Assembly (NCBI GenBank): GCA_964637315.1
Contig: CAZWTT010000002.1
Location: 129,667 to 193,666 of the forward strand
Direction of reading: 5' to 3'
Length of the DNA: 64,000 nt
DNA from: an uncultured Dehalococcoidia bacterium
GTDB lineage: Bacteria; Chloroflexota; Dehalococcoidia; Lucifugimonadales; UBA2962
Of this stretch, positions 29,846 through 39,903 are shown one piece after another (position 1 is the stretch's first letter; the number at the start of each line of letters is the position of its first letter). The position numbers and the translations under genes are program-made. The notes under the pieces were generated by a model. That model ran no database searches. It was given only the letters and a program-made list of their open reading frames with translations, and was not told where the DNA came from.

Positions 29846-32191
29846 ATGACTACTTCCCTACTCGGATCCCGCGTAAAGAGACGCGAAGACGCGCGCCTGT
29901 TGCGGGGGACTGGCAAGTATGTGGACGACGTAAAGCTGGCCGGAATGCTGTCCATGCAACTCCTGCGCAGCCCCCACGCCCATGCCAAGATCACCAACAT
30001 CGACGCCTCTGCCGCCGATGTGGCGGACGGCGTGGTGGCTGTATACACCGGCGAGCAACTCAAGGACGAGCAGGGCTCCGTGCCCTGCGGCTGGGTGGTT
30101 CCCGACACCAAGGAGGTCGTACACCCCCCGATAGCCATCGACACGGTGCGGTTTGTCGGCGACATTGTCGCCGCGGTCGTGGCCAGGACTCCGGAAGCGG
30201 CGGCGGACGCCGTCCGTCTTATAGACGTCGATTACGAAACCCTTCCCGTGGTGGTAAAGACCGGTGAAGCGACCAGTGCCGGTGCTCCGCAACTGCACCA
30301 CGACGCCCCCGACAACGTCGCGTTCAATTGGGAGGTCGGTGGCGGCGACGTCGACGCCGCCATCAAGGACGCTGAGGTCGTCGTCGAGCAGGCGATGATC
30401 AACCAGAGACTGGTCCCCAACGCAATGGAGACGCGCGGCATCGTTTGCGACTACAACCATGGGTCCAATCAGTTGACGATGTGGACGTCCACCCAGATCC
30501 CCCACCTCGTGCGCTTGCTGCTGGCCCTCACTATCGGCCACCCCGAGCACCTGATAAGGGTCATCGCCCCGGACGTGGGCGGCGCTTTCGGCAGCAAACT
30601 CTACATGTACGCTGAGGAGGTCATCGCCGCCGTCGTGGCCAAGCGGGTCAGGCGTCCGGTGAAGTGGATCGAGTCCCGGCAAGAAGCCTACATGGCCACC
30701 ACTCACGGGCGAGACCACGTGAGCACGGGCACCATCGCGGGCAATCGCGACGGTATCATCACCGCCCTGAACGTCGACACCACTGCCAACATGGGCGCCT
30801 ACCTATCCACATTCGCTCCACTTGTACCGACGCTCCTCTATGGGCTGATGATGGGAGGCCCATACGATCTTGCCAACCTCCGGTGCCGCGTCACCGCCGT
30901 CTACACCAACACCACCCCGGTCGACGCCTACAGGGGCGCCGGCAGACCCGAGGCGGTCTACATCGTCGAGCGGCTGGTGGACATGTTCGCCGCCAAGATC
31001 GGCATGGACCCGGGGAAGCTGCGGCGCAAGAACTTCATTGCCCCCTTCACCGACGGTCATACCGTCGCCACGGGCGTCAGTTATGACAGCGGTAACTACC
31101 ATCTGCCGTTTGATCGGGCGATGGAGATAGTCGGCTACGAAGACTTCCGCAAAGAACAAGCGGCGGCTCGTGCAAAAGGTCGCTTGCTGGGGTTGGGGCT
31201 CTCCACCTACGTCGAGATCAGCGGAGGAGCGCCCTCACACGTCGCCGTGACGCTAGGCGCGAGGGCGGGCCTATGGGAAAGCGCCACCGTGCGCGTGAAC
31301 CCGACCGGGACTATCCGGGTGTTTACTGGGGCTTCCAGTCACGGTCAGGGTCACGAGACCGCCTTCGCACAACTGGTGGCGGGCGACCTGGGCATCCCCA
31401 TCGAGAACGTGGAAATCGTCCATGGAGACACCGACCAAGTCCAGTTCGGTACCGGCACCTTCGGCAGCCGGAGCGCCGCAGTTGGTGGCGGCGCCATCAA
31501 CGCGGCCGTCACCAAGATCAAAGACAAGGCCAAAAAGCTTGCGGCCCATCTCCTCGAAGCCGCGCCGGAAGACATCGTCTACGAGGACGGCAAGCTGTTT
31601 GTCAAGGGCGCCCCATCCGAGGCCAAAACCTTCGGGGACATCGCACTCGCCGCCCATGTCTATGCCGGTGAGTTGCCCGAGGGCATGGAGCCCGGACTGG
31701 AAGAGACCAGCTTCTTCGACCCCGGCAACTTCACCTGGCCCTTTGGCACTCATATCGCCGTGGTCGAGGTGGACGCCGACACCGGCGCGGTCACTCCGCT
31801 CAGGTACATCGCGGTGGATGACGTGGGTAATATCATCAACCCGATGATCGTCGACGGCATGGTCCACGGCGGCGCGGCCCAGGGACTGGGCCAGGCGCTA
31901 CAGGAAGAGGCCGTATACGACGACGACGGCCAGCCCCTTACCGGCAGCATGATGGACTACGCTGTGCCGTCGGCCGAAGACCTGCCTAACTACGAGGTGG
32001 ACCAGACCGTTACCCCGTCGCCGGTCAACCCGATGGGCGTCAAGGGAGCCGGTGAGACGGCCACGATCGCCGGTTCACCCGCAGTCATCAACGCCGTCGT
32101 CGACGCGTTGGCGCACCTGGGCGTCACCCACCTGGACATGCCGGCGAAGCCCGAGAACGTGTGGCGCGTCATGCGGGACGCACAGGCCTGA
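29846..32191 (+). CDS. Form-II CoxL-like molybdopterin-binding large subunit (xanthine dehydrogenase family)
   Basis: Start [21 protein letters not shown], preceded by GGAGGAGA. Active-site loop AYRGAGR (30926..30946) is the form-II signature, not the form-I AYxCSFR. Confidence 0.85.
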   Translation: MTTSLLGSRVKRREDARLLRGTGKYVDDVKLAGMLSMQLLRSPHAHAKITNIDASAADVADGVVAVYTGEQLKDEQGSVPCGWVVPDTKEVVHPPIAIDTVRFVGDIVAAVVARTPEAAADAVRLIDVDYETLPVVVKTGEATSAGAPQLHHDAPDNVAFNWEVGGGDVDAAIKDAEVVVEQAMINQRLVPNAMETRGIVCDYNHGSNQLTMWTSTQIPHLVRLLLALTIGHPEHLIRVIAPDVGGAFGSKLYMYAEEVIAAVVAKRVRRPVKWIESRQEAYMATTHGRDHVSTGTIAGNRDGIITALNVDTTANMGAYLSTFAPLVPTLLYGLMMGGPYDLANLRCRVTAVYTNTTPVDAYRGAGRPEAVYIVERLVDMFAAKIGMDPGKLRRKNFIAPFTDGHTVATGVSYDSGNYHLPFDRAMEIVGYEDFRKEQAAARAKGRLLGLGLSTYVEISGGAPSHVAVTLGARAGLWESATVRVNPTGTIRVFTGASSHGQGHETAFAQLVAGDLGIPIENVEIVHGDTDQVQFGTGTFGSRSAAVGGGAINAAVTKIKDKAKKLAAHLLEAAPEDIVYEDGKLFVKGAPSEAKTFGDIALAAHVYAGELPEGMEPGLEETSFFDPGNFTWPFGTHIAVVEVDADTGAVTPLRYIAVDDVGNIINPMIVDGMVHGGAAQGLGQALQEEAVYDDDGQPLTGSMMDYAVPSAEDLPNYEVDQTVTPSPVNPMGVKGAGETATIAGSPAVINAVVDALAHLGVTHLDMPAKPENVWRVMRDAQA

Positions 32192-32216
32192 GCGCGCCGG
32201 TCTCCGCCGAGACCCC

Positions 32217-33113
32217 GTGAGCAACGGTACGCGGCGGGGTCCGGACCCGGTCGGGGAAATCCTCGACCGGCTTGAGTCGGCTGACTACATCGCCGACCCA
32301 TCCATCGGCACCGCCATCCACATGGCGCGTGAGTTGGAGCGCCCGCTGCTCATCGAGGGCAGGGCCGGTGTGGGCAAGACCGAGATCGCCCGGGTTATGG
32401 CCGGGCTTCTGGACACGCGCCTGATTCGGCTCCAGTGTTACGAGGGCCTGGATGTCAACACCGCTCTCTACGAGTGGAACTACCCTCGCCAACTCCTACA
32501 CATAAAGCTGGACGAGGGCAGCGTGCGGTCCACCTCGGATCGGGAGCGTGAGATATTCAGCCGCGAATTCCTGCTCGAGCGACCCCTGCTGGCCGCTCTC
32601 ACCGAGCCGGAAAAAGCGCCCGTGCTGCTGATCGACGAGATCGACCGGGCGGACGAGGAATTCGAAGCGTTCCTTCTGGAGATATTGGCCGATTATCAAG
32701 TAACCATCCCCGAACTGGGCACCATCGAAGCGACCCATCCGCCGCTGGTGATACTGACCTCCAACAGGACCAGAGAGCTGTCGGACGCTCTGCGGCGCAG
32801 GTGCCTCTACCTGTGGATCGATTACCCTGACTTCGAGAAAGAACTGCGCATCGTGCGGGCCAAGGTGCCCGGCATCGAGGAGAAGCTGGCGAGCCAGGTG
32901 GTGCGGTTCGTCGAGGACGTGCGTGGCCTCGACCTCGATAAGTTACCGGGCGTGTCAGAGACCCTGGACTGGGCCCGGACAATGATCATCATGAACTATG
33001 CGAAAATCGACCGCGGGGCGGTCGAGAGCACCTTGGGGGCGCTCATCAAAGACGCGGACGACTTGGCGGAGTTCCGGGCAAAGGCCCTAGACGAGCTACT
33101 GGCAAAGGTATAG
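32217..33113 (+). CDS. MoxR-family AAA+ ATPase (CoxD-like)
   Basis: Walker [10 protein letters not shown] and Walker [16 protein letters not shown] start 26 nt after the CoxL stop. Confidence 0.8.
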   Translation: MSNGTRRGPDPVGEILDRLESADYIADPSIGTAIHMARELERPLLIEGRAGVGKTEIARVMAGLLDTRLIRLQCYEGLDVNTALYEWNYPRQLLHIKLDEGSVRSTSDREREIFSREFLLERPLLAALTEPEKAPVLLIDEIDRADEEFEAFLLEILADYQVTIPELGTIEATHPPLVILTSNRTRELSDALRRRCLYLWIDYPDFEKELRIVRAKVPGIEEKLASQVVRFVEDVRGLDLDKLPGVSETLDWARTMIIMNYAKIDRGAVESTLGALIKDADDLAEFRAKALDELLAKV

Positions 33114-33130
33114 GCGAGGAGACGCAACTA

Positions 33131-34801
33131 ATGGCAAGGATGACCGGCAAAAAGGCATTGTTGGAGATGCTTAGGGCAGAGGGCGTGAAGTACATCTTCG
33201 GCAACCCCGGCACCTCCGAGGGCGCCATAATGGACGCCCTCGAAGATTATCCCGACATCCACTACGTCCTCGCCACGCAGGAGGGCGCGGCCATGGGTGC
33301 GGCCGATGCCTACGCCCGTGCCACCGGCAAGCCCTCGTTCGTCAACCTGCATATCGAGACCGGCCTGGCCAACGGTATCAGCCTGCTGCATAATGCGGCC
33401 GCGGGCGGTACGCCGCTGGTCCTGACCGCCGGCAACAAGGACATGCGCAAGCTGATCGAGGGCCGGACACCGCTCGTCGATATGGTCAAGACCTTCACCA
33501 AGTGGAGTGCGGAGCTGACCCACCCGGAACAAATCCCAGCAGCCATAAGAAGAGCGTTTAACGAAGCTCGCACCCCACCCACCGGTCCCACCTTCATCTC
33601 GTTTTCTGCCAACTCCCTGGACGAGGAAGCCGACATGGAGATAGCGTCCAACTCCCCCGGATATTTTCGGCTTGGCCCAGACGAAAGCGCCATTGAGGAA
33701 GCCGCCGATATTCTGGCGAACGCCAAGAACCCGATCATGCTGGTGGCGGATAGAGTCGCCCAATCTAGCGCGGCCGAGGAGGCCGTGCGCGTGGCCGAAG
33801 CGTTGGGCGCACCGGTGTATTCAACTCTCTACTCAGAGATGAACTTCCCGTCGCGCCACCCCCTCTACAAGGGCGGCCTGCGCTGGGGCTTTCCCGATGG
33901 CAAAGAGGCGTTGGCGGGAGCCGACGCCGTGCTGGCGGTGGGGAACACGTTCTCCGGCTACTTTTTTTTCACAGACGAGGGCGCCAGCTCTTGTGCGTCC
34001 GAGACCAAGGTGGTTCATTTGGATGCATCCGCCACGGAGGTGGGCAAAAGTGAGCCCACCGAAGTGGGCATAATCGCCGACCCGAAGGTCGGCCTCGCTC
34101 GGTTGGCGTACGCACTGGATGCGCGGATGAGCGGCTCGGCAAAAGAGGCGGCCAAGGGCCGGGCTGAGACCGTCGCTGGCGAGACATCCGCAGCGCGGTC
34201 CGCCTGGGAAGCCCGCATAAAAGAGCGTTGGGACAGCTCGCCCATGTCCCCGGAGCGCATGATGGCCGAGGTGGCGGCCGCCATCCCGAGCGACACGGTG
34301 ATAGTGGACGACTCAGTCACCACCCGTGCGGCGGTTCACGGAGCCATCGAGTTCAATCAGCCGGGTCAGATCTTCGGCGAGCGCGGCGGGGCAATCGGTT
34401 GGGGCATCGGCGGCGGCATGGGCGCCAAGCTAGCCCATCCCGACAAGCCCGTGGTCGCGATTGTTGGCGACGGCACCGCGATGATGACGGTGCAGGGTTT
34501 CTATACCGCCGCTATCGAGAACATCCCCATCGTCTACGTGATCTGCAACAATGAGGCGTACAGGATTCTCAAGGTCAATATGGACGTCTACAAGAGCCTT
34601 GTCATCGGTCAGGACCCGCCCCGGAGCAAGTACATGGCGATGGACTTTCCCCAGAGGCTCGACCTCGCGGGAATGGCTCGCGCCATGGGCGTTTACGGGG
34701 TGCGTATCGAGGACCCGTCGCAGATCGGACCTGAGATCAAGAAGGCTCTCGCCTCGGGCAAACCCGCCGTTCTCGACATAGTCATTGACGGGGCGCTGTA
34801 A
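33131..34801 (+). CDS. Thiamine-diphosphate-dependent enzyme (acetolactate synthase / benzoylformate decarboxylase family)
   Basis: 556 aa. N-terminal Pyr domain (YIFGNPGTSE) and TPP motif GDGTAMMTVQGFYTAAIENIPIVYVICNNEAY. Confidence 0.8.
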   Translation: MARMTGKKALLEMLRAEGVKYIFGNPGTSEGAIMDALEDYPDIHYVLATQEGAAMGAADAYARATGKPSFVNLHIETGLANGISLLHNAAAGGTPLVLTAGNKDMRKLIEGRTPLVDMVKTFTKWSAELTHPEQIPAAIRRAFNEARTPPTGPTFISFSANSLDEEADMEIASNSPGYFRLGPDESAIEEAADILANAKNPIMLVADRVAQSSAAEEAVRVAEALGAPVYSTLYSEMNFPSRHPLYKGGLRWGFPDGKEALAGADAVLAVGNTFSGYFFFTDEGASSCASETKVVHLDASATEVGKSEPTEVGIIADPKVGLARLAYALDARMSGSAKEAAKGRAETVAGETSAARSAWEARIKERWDSSPMSPERMMAEVAAAIPSDTVIVDDSVTTRAAVHGAIEFNQPGQIFGERGGAIGWGIGGGMGAKLAHPDKPVVAIVGDGTAMMTVQGFYTAAIENIPIVYVICNNEAYRILKVNMDVYKSLVIGQDPPRSKYMAMDFPQRLDLAGMARAMGVYGVRIEDPSQIGPEIKKALASGKPAVLDIVIDGAL

Positions 34802-35267
34802 AGCCGGGGACAGACCGATACGGAACCAGACCCAGGCCGAGTTCGAGCGTCTTGAAGCCTCCTTAAAACCGTCGCTGATCGAGATGACGGCCACCATCGG
34901 CGCCGGTGGCATGTCCCAGTTGATCCCAGTCCGGTACGACTACCGGGATGGGGCCACGCTCATCTCCGTTACCAAAGAGCGCCTCAAGTACAAGAACCTG
35001 GCCCGGTATTCTCGACTGTCCGTGTGCGTGTACGACCCGCCGCTGGCGAAGGTGTACGCGACCATGACGGGTCGGACGGAGCTGGCCGACGACGACTCCA
35101 TATGGGAGCCGACCCGTGAGATCTGCAAGCGCTATATGACAGCAGACGAGGTCGATCCCTGGAGGCGGGAGTTGCGCACCCAGAACCGCGTCCTGATCAC
35201 GCTGCGGCCCGAGCGTGTGATGTTCCGGGACCCCGATGCGGTGTTGCCAGAGGGACTGGGCGCCTAG
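34785..35267 (+). CDS. Pyridoxamine-5'-phosphate-oxidase-fold (PPOX class, possibly F420-dependent) protein
   Basis: About 150 aa split-barrel-like pattern (...LIEMTATIGAGGMSQLIPVRYDYRDG...RLSVCVYDP...VLITLRPERV). The start is uncertain. Confidence 0.45.
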   Translation: MTGRCKAGDRPIRNQTQAEFERLEASLKPSLIEMTATIGAGGMSQLIPVRYDYRDGATLISVTKERLKYKNLARYSRLSVCVYDPPLAKVYATMTGRTELADDDSIWEPTREICKRYMTADEVDPWRRELRTQNRVLITLRPERVMFRDPDAVLPEGLGA

Positions 35268-35294
35268 GGCGTTCAACCCAGCGGCGTCGCCCTC

Positions 35295-36377
35295 ATGGCC
35301 GCCATCCTTCACGCCGACTTCGACGCCTTTTACGCCTCTGTCGAGCAGCGCGACGACCCGGCTCTACGCGGCAAGCCAGTAGTAGTAGGAGGCGACCCCA
35401 ATTTTCGCGGGGTGGTTGCTGCGGCTTCTTACGAAGTTAGGGGGTTCGGCGTGCGCTCAGCCATGCCCATGAAGACGGCGATGAGGCTGTGTCCACACGC
35501 GGTTAGGGTGCCACCCAGGTTCGATGTCTACCGCGACATCTCCCGACAGGTCTTGGAGATCTTTCGCGTGGTAACCCCGCTGGTGGAGCCGTTGTCGCTC
35601 GACGAAGCGTTCCTCGACGTCACCAATCGGGTCGACGACGTCTGGACCCCCGTCAAGATCGCCCGCGGCCTCAAGGGACGCATAAAGAAACGCACGGCGC
35701 TCACCATCTCGATCGGCGTTGCATCCAGTAAGTCGGTGGCGAAGATCGCCTCGGACATGGACAAGCCCGACGGACTCACCGTGGTCGCACCCGGCTCCGA
35801 GCGAGAGTTCCTGGCGCCGTTGCCGGTCAGTCGCCTGTGGGGGATCGGGCCGAAAACCCAGGAGCGCCTGGCGCTGGATAAGATAACCACAATCGGCCAG
35901 TTAGTCGAGCGACCGGCCGAGTGGTTTGCCGCCCGGTTCGGCAAGTCGGGCCCGTTCCTCCGCGATCTGGCCAACGGCATCGACGAGCGGCCCGTCGTTG
36001 TGGAACGCCGGCGAAAATCCCTGAGTGCCGAGACCACCCTCGCGGTCGACTCCGGTGACGCCGAGTATCTCACCGAGGTGGTCGAAAGGCTCAGCCAACG
36101 AGTGGGAAGCCAGCTCCAACGGCGAGGGTTGGAGGGGCGAACGGTGAAACTGAAGCTGCGCCTGGAGGACTTCACTACCTTCACCCGCCAGGTCACCCTG
36201 GACGGTCCCGTCTCCTCGCCCGACGACGTGGGCCGGGCAACGACGGATATGCTGCGTCGCGAGTTGGCGCCTGACCGACGATTCAGGCTCGTCGGGGTGG
36301 GCGTGTCGGGCTTCGAGTCGGGTGAGGATGCCGAAGGGGAGAACCCGTTACAGCCGCGGCTTGCCGGTCTGATCTGA
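35295..36377 (+). CDS. dinB: DNA polymerase IV (Y-family)
   Basis: ILHADFDAFYASVEQRDDPALRGKPVVVGG, SLDEAFLDV and SIGVASSKSVAKIASD. Confidence 0.9.
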   Translation: MAAILHADFDAFYASVEQRDDPALRGKPVVVGGDPNFRGVVAAASYEVRGFGVRSAMPMKTAMRLCPHAVRVPPRFDVYRDISRQVLEIFRVVTPLVEPLSLDEAFLDVTNRVDDVWTPVKIARGLKGRIKKRTALTISIGVASSKSVAKIASDMDKPDGLTVVAPGSEREFLAPLPVSRLWGIGPKTQERLALDKITTIGQLVERPAEWFAARFGKSGPFLRDLANGIDERPVVVERRRKSLSAETTLAVDSGDAEYLTEVVERLSQRVGSQLQRRGLEGRTVKLKLRLEDFTTFTRQVTLDGPVSSPDDVGRATTDMLRRELAPDRRFRLVGVGVSGFESGEDAEGENPLQPRLAGLI

Positions 36378-36410
36378 CGTCGGCGCGGAATTGTTGGCAG
36401 CACGGGCGAC

Positions 36411-37049
36411 GTGTTGTTACTATCCGGAGCCATGACCGCCGATCCTCTTTCAAGGCCAGAGCCAGACGGCCTCGTTCGCTGCCACGACGAGGTCTACGAC
36501 ACCTTTGAGCGGCTCCAGTACCACGACCGCTACTGGGGCACACCCACGCGCAACGAGCGGCGTCTGTTCGAGTTCCTCTCGCTCAGCGGCATGCAGGCCG
36601 GTCTTAGTTGGTGGACCATCTGGAGTCGCAGGGAGGCGTTCCGGGCGGCGTTCGACGACTTCCAGCCCTCCCTGGTGGCGGACTACGATGACGCCAAGAT
36701 CGCTGCGCTTCTCGACGACGAGGGCATTATTCGCAACCGTACCAAGATCAACGGCATCGTTGGCAACGCCCGCGCCATCCGGGCGCTGGCGCCCGAGTTT
36801 GACGGTCTGGCGGATTATCTGTGGTCCTTTCTGGGCGGTAGTCCGAGGATCAACCGGTGGCCCCGCAACGAATCCGTGCCCGCCGTCGCTCCCCCGGCAG
36901 AGGAACTGAGCGCCGACATGAAGAAGCGAGGGTTCAAATTCTGCGGCCCGACCATCGTCTACGCTTACATCGGGTCGATGGGCCTGGTCAACGACCACCG
37001 TGAGGGTTGCTTCAAGCACGGTGTGCAGCCTTTCGACCTGAGTAGATAA
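36411..37049 (+). CDS. tag: DNA-3-methyladenine glycosylase I (paralog 1)
   Basis: RCHDEV...YHDRYWGTP...LFEFLSLSGMQAGLSWWTIWSRREAFRAAF...GLVNDHREGC. The start may be ATG 36432. Confidence 0.85.
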   Translation: MLLLSGAMTADPLSRPEPDGLVRCHDEVYDTFERLQYHDRYWGTPTRNERRLFEFLSLSGMQAGLSWWTIWSRREAFRAAFDDFQPSLVADYDDAKIAALLDDEGIIRNRTKINGIVGNARAIRALAPEFDGLADYLWSFLGGSPRINRWPRNESVPAVAPPAEELSADMKKRGFKFCGPTIVYAYIGSMGLVNDHREGCFKHGVQPFDLSR

Positions 37050-37190
37050 CTGAACGAGGAAAATCCCCTGGGGATTTGCCCGGGGAATAGAGTTGCGGCA
37101 TAACCGCAGCGGAGGAGGCCCTGCCGGGGCCGAAGCGAGCACGAACTGGCAGACCTCACCCGCTGCGACTGGTCCACCAATGATCCCCTG

Positions 37191-37721
37191 ATGGTCGCCT
37201 ACCACGATCGTGAGTGGGGCCAACCGAACCACGATGACCGTTCACTTTTCGAGTTCCTCACGCTGGAGGGTGCCCAGGCCGGCCTTAGCTGGCGCACCAT
37301 CCTGCACAAGCGCGAGGGCTACCGCCGAGCGTTCGACGGTTTCGAGGCTTCCGTAGTGGCCGAATACGATGAGGTCAAGATCACCGGGTTGTTGGCCGAC
37401 CCCGGCATCGTCCGCAATCGCCTCAAAGTGCGATCGACCGTCAACAACGCCGCCGTGATCGTCGAGTTAAGGGACGCAGGTGTCAGCCTTTCCGACTACC
37501 TGTGGGGTTTTGTGGACGGCACGCCGATAGCAAACCGTTGGCGAGCGATGTCGGACATCCCGGCCGTCACGCCCGAGGCTGCGGCCATGAGCAACGCTCT
37601 AAAACACCGCGGCTTCCGTTTCGTCGGTCCGACCATCTGCTACGCGCTCATGCAGGCCTGCGGCATGGCCAACGACCACGTTGTCGACTGCTTCCGTTAT
37701 TCCGAGATCTTGGAGAGCTAA
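37191..37721 (+). CDS. tag: DNA-3-methyladenine glycosylase I (paralog 2; true N-terminus probably upstream of the first ATG)
   Basis: MVAYHDREWGQP...LFEFLTLEGAQAGLSWRTILHKREGYRRAF...GMANDHVVDC. In-frame upstream codons read ...LTRCDWSTNDPL, the conserved Tag N-terminus, but with no ATG/GTG/TTG. Confidence 0.75.
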   Translation: MVAYHDREWGQPNHDDRSLFEFLTLEGAQAGLSWRTILHKREGYRRAFDGFEASVVAEYDEVKITGLLADPGIVRNRLKVRSTVNNAAVIVELRDAGVSLSDYLWGFVDGTPIANRWRAMSDIPAVTPEAAAMSNALKHRGFRFVGPTICYALMQACGMANDHVVDCFRYSEILES

Positions 37722-38626
37722 CCCAGCACGGCCTCCGCGAAGTCGGGGTGCCCGGCCAGGAGTTCCGTCGTCGAGATCGCCTTTCGACCCTCCAATTGCA
37801 GCCGCGTTATGGCAAGCACGCCCGCGCCGGTCGTCACCGCAATGCCCCCGTCCGCGACCGTGACAGTGCCCGGCGCTTCGCCGCCTCCGGTCGCTGTGGT
37901 GGCCTCCAATACCTTGACGGTCCGGTCCTTCCAACTCGTAAAAGTTCCCGGCCAGGGGTGGTAGGCCCTCACCATGCGGGCGATGGATGCGGCCGACTGA
38001 GTCCAGTCGATGCGTCCTTCTTCGCGGGACAGCCGTTTGGACAGTGTGGCTTTCGATTCGTCTTGGGCCTGCGGCTCGATTCGCCCGGCGTCTAGCTCTG
38101 TTAGCACCTCGACCAGAGTGTCGGCGCCCAAACCGAACAGGCGCTTGGTCAGCGCCGGCATGGTCTCCTGCGGACCGATGAGCGTCGTGCTTTGCGCCAG
38201 TAGCGGCCCGGTGTCCAGGCCCTCGTCCAGCAGCATCACCGTGACTCCGGTGGTCTCGTCGCCACCGAGGATCGCCGCAGCGACTGGGGACGCACCCCGG
38301 TGCCTCGGCAGCAGCGAAGGGTGGATGTTCAGGCACCCCAGCCGGGGCGCCTCCAGCACCGCCTTCGGCAGCAGTTTGCCATAAGCGGATACGACCGCCG
38401 CGTCGGGCTTCAGCCCTACGAACTGTGCCTGCGCCTCGGTGCACTTGAGCGACGGTGGCTGAAAGGCCGAGAGGCCACGTTTTTCGGCGAACGCCTTCAC
38501 CGGCGTCGGCTGCGTTCGCCTGCCCCGTCCGGTCGGCTTGTCCGGCTGCGTGTAGACGCCGACTACCTCGTGACCGGCGTCGAGCAGCCGCTCCAGCACC
38601 GGCACGGCGCAGGCGGGCGTCCCCAT
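37718..38626 (-). CDS. fmt: Methionyl-tRNA formyltransferase
   Basis: GTPACAVPVLERLL, YTQPDKPTGRGRR and HPSLLPRHRG. The conserved N-terminal beta-strand (IRVVF) lies upstream of the first ATG, so a likely ATT start sits at 38641. Confidence 0.9.
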   Translation of the reverse strand: MGTPACAVPVLERLLDAGHEVVGVYTQPDKPTGRGRRTQPTPVKAFAEKRGLSAFQPPSLKCTEAQAQFVGLKPDAAVVSAYGKLLPKAVLEAPRLGCLNIHPSLLPRHRGASPVAAAILGGDETTGVTVMLLDEGLDTGPLLAQSTTLIGPQETMPALTKRLFGLGADTLVEVLTELDAGRIEPQAQDESKATLSKRLSREEGRIDWTQSAASIARMVRAYHPWPGTFTSWKDRTVKVLEATTATGGGEAPGTVTVADGGIAVTTGAGVLAITRLQLEGRKAISTTELLAGHPDFAEAVLG

Positions 38627-38683
38627 GAATACGACTCTAATTGTCTTCTCCGTGGGCGGTTTCGAACCTGCTAGCCGAGGCTC

Positions 38684-39814
38684 TCAGCGCCCCAGCAATG
38701 CAGGCATCTTTTTAAGCTGTTCAATGTCTCGGATGGAGACGAACCGATCGACGTGGTCTCCCGCTGCAACGAGGGAGCGTGTCGCCTGCTCGTAGCCCTC
38801 GCTCCCCAGCAGTGGGTTCAGCCAGTACAGCCGCCGCACCCGGCGACGCATGCGGCGAAGCTCGCGCCCCAGCAGGTCTGGCTCGCCCGTGTCCCACCCG
38901 TCGCTGACGAGGAACACCGTCGTGTGTCGGTTCTGCAGGGCCGGGTGTCGGCTGTTGACATATGATAGGGACTCGCCGATTTTCGTGCCGCCCGACCAGT
39001 GGTCGACCGCGTCTCCGACTCTGGTCAGCGCGTCCACAAATGTCGGAGCCTGTAGAAGCCCGGTGACACGGGTAACCGACGTGCTGAACACGAAGGTCTC
39101 GGCTCGTGACGTTTGCTGGGCGATGCCGTAAGCCAGCTCCAGCATCAGCCCGGCGTGGCGGTCCATTGAGCCGCTCGCATCGAGCAGCAGCAGTAGCCGC
39201 GGCGTCCTCTCCATGCGGGTACGGTGCGGCAGGTACAGTGGGTCTCCTCCGGAGCCGAGGCTCTTGCGCAGCACACCGCGCATATCGATCGAACCGCGCC
39301 TGCGGTGGCGCCTCAGCCTGCGGCTCGGGCGGGCGGGCAGCGAGGCGACGATACGGGCCGCGACGCGCGAGACCTGCTCCGCTCGGTCCGAGTCCGGCAC
39401 CGTCAGGTCGGAATGTCGTCTGCTCTTATTGCTGCTGGCCCCGGTCCGTACGAACTGGAGCAGAACGTCTTCCGAGGCGGGATTGTGCTGCACTGCGGCC
39501 GCGATGCCGCCGGGGGCCCGTACTCGCGCCTTGCCGGGCATGTCCCGGCCCGTGTCTCGGGGCTCACGCACCAGCGGGGGATCGAAGTCCCAAAAGCGCT
39601 GGAACAGCGAGTCGAACGTCGGCACCTCGTGTCTGGCCGACACCAGAACCGACCTCAGCGCCCAGTACACGCTGCCAGGAGCCAGCAGGTCCACCAGCGC
39701 CATCGCTCGCAACGCGTCCGCGCTCTCGGGCGGCCCCGCCATCAACCCGTGATCGCGTAGTGCACGGCAGAACCGGGTTACGTGAGAACTTACGTCGTAT
39801 TCGACCGTCGCCAT
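38684..39814 (-). CDS. VWA domain protein, CoxE-like
   Basis: 376 aa. N-terminal FCRALRDHGL... region and C-terminal VWA with MIDAS-like LLLDASGSM...VFLVSDGWDTG. Confidence 0.75.
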   Translation of the reverse strand: MATVEYDVSSHVTRFCRALRDHGLMAGPPESADALRAMALVDLLAPGSVYWALRSVLVSARHEVPTFDSLFQRFWDFDPPLVREPRDTGRDMPGKARVRAPGGIAAAVQHNPASEDVLLQFVRTGASSNKSRRHSDLTVPDSDRAEQVSRVAARIVASLPARPSRRLRRHRRRGSIDMRGVLRKSLGSGGDPLYLPHRTRMERTPRLLLLLDASGSMDRHAGLMLELAYGIAQQTSRAETFVFSTSVTRVTGLLQAPTFVDALTRVGDAVDHWSGGTKIGESLSYVNSRHPALQNRHTTVFLVSDGWDTGEPDLLGRELRRMRRRVRRLYWLNPLLGSEGYEQATRSLVAAGDHVDRFVSIRDIEQLKKMPALLGR

Positions 39815-39903
39815 GACGCCATTCTAGCGGTGCAGGGGCATCGGTGAACCGGCCCTGCTTGAAGGGCCGCCGAGCCTCCTCCATAATCCTCCTAAGTCCC
39901 CAA

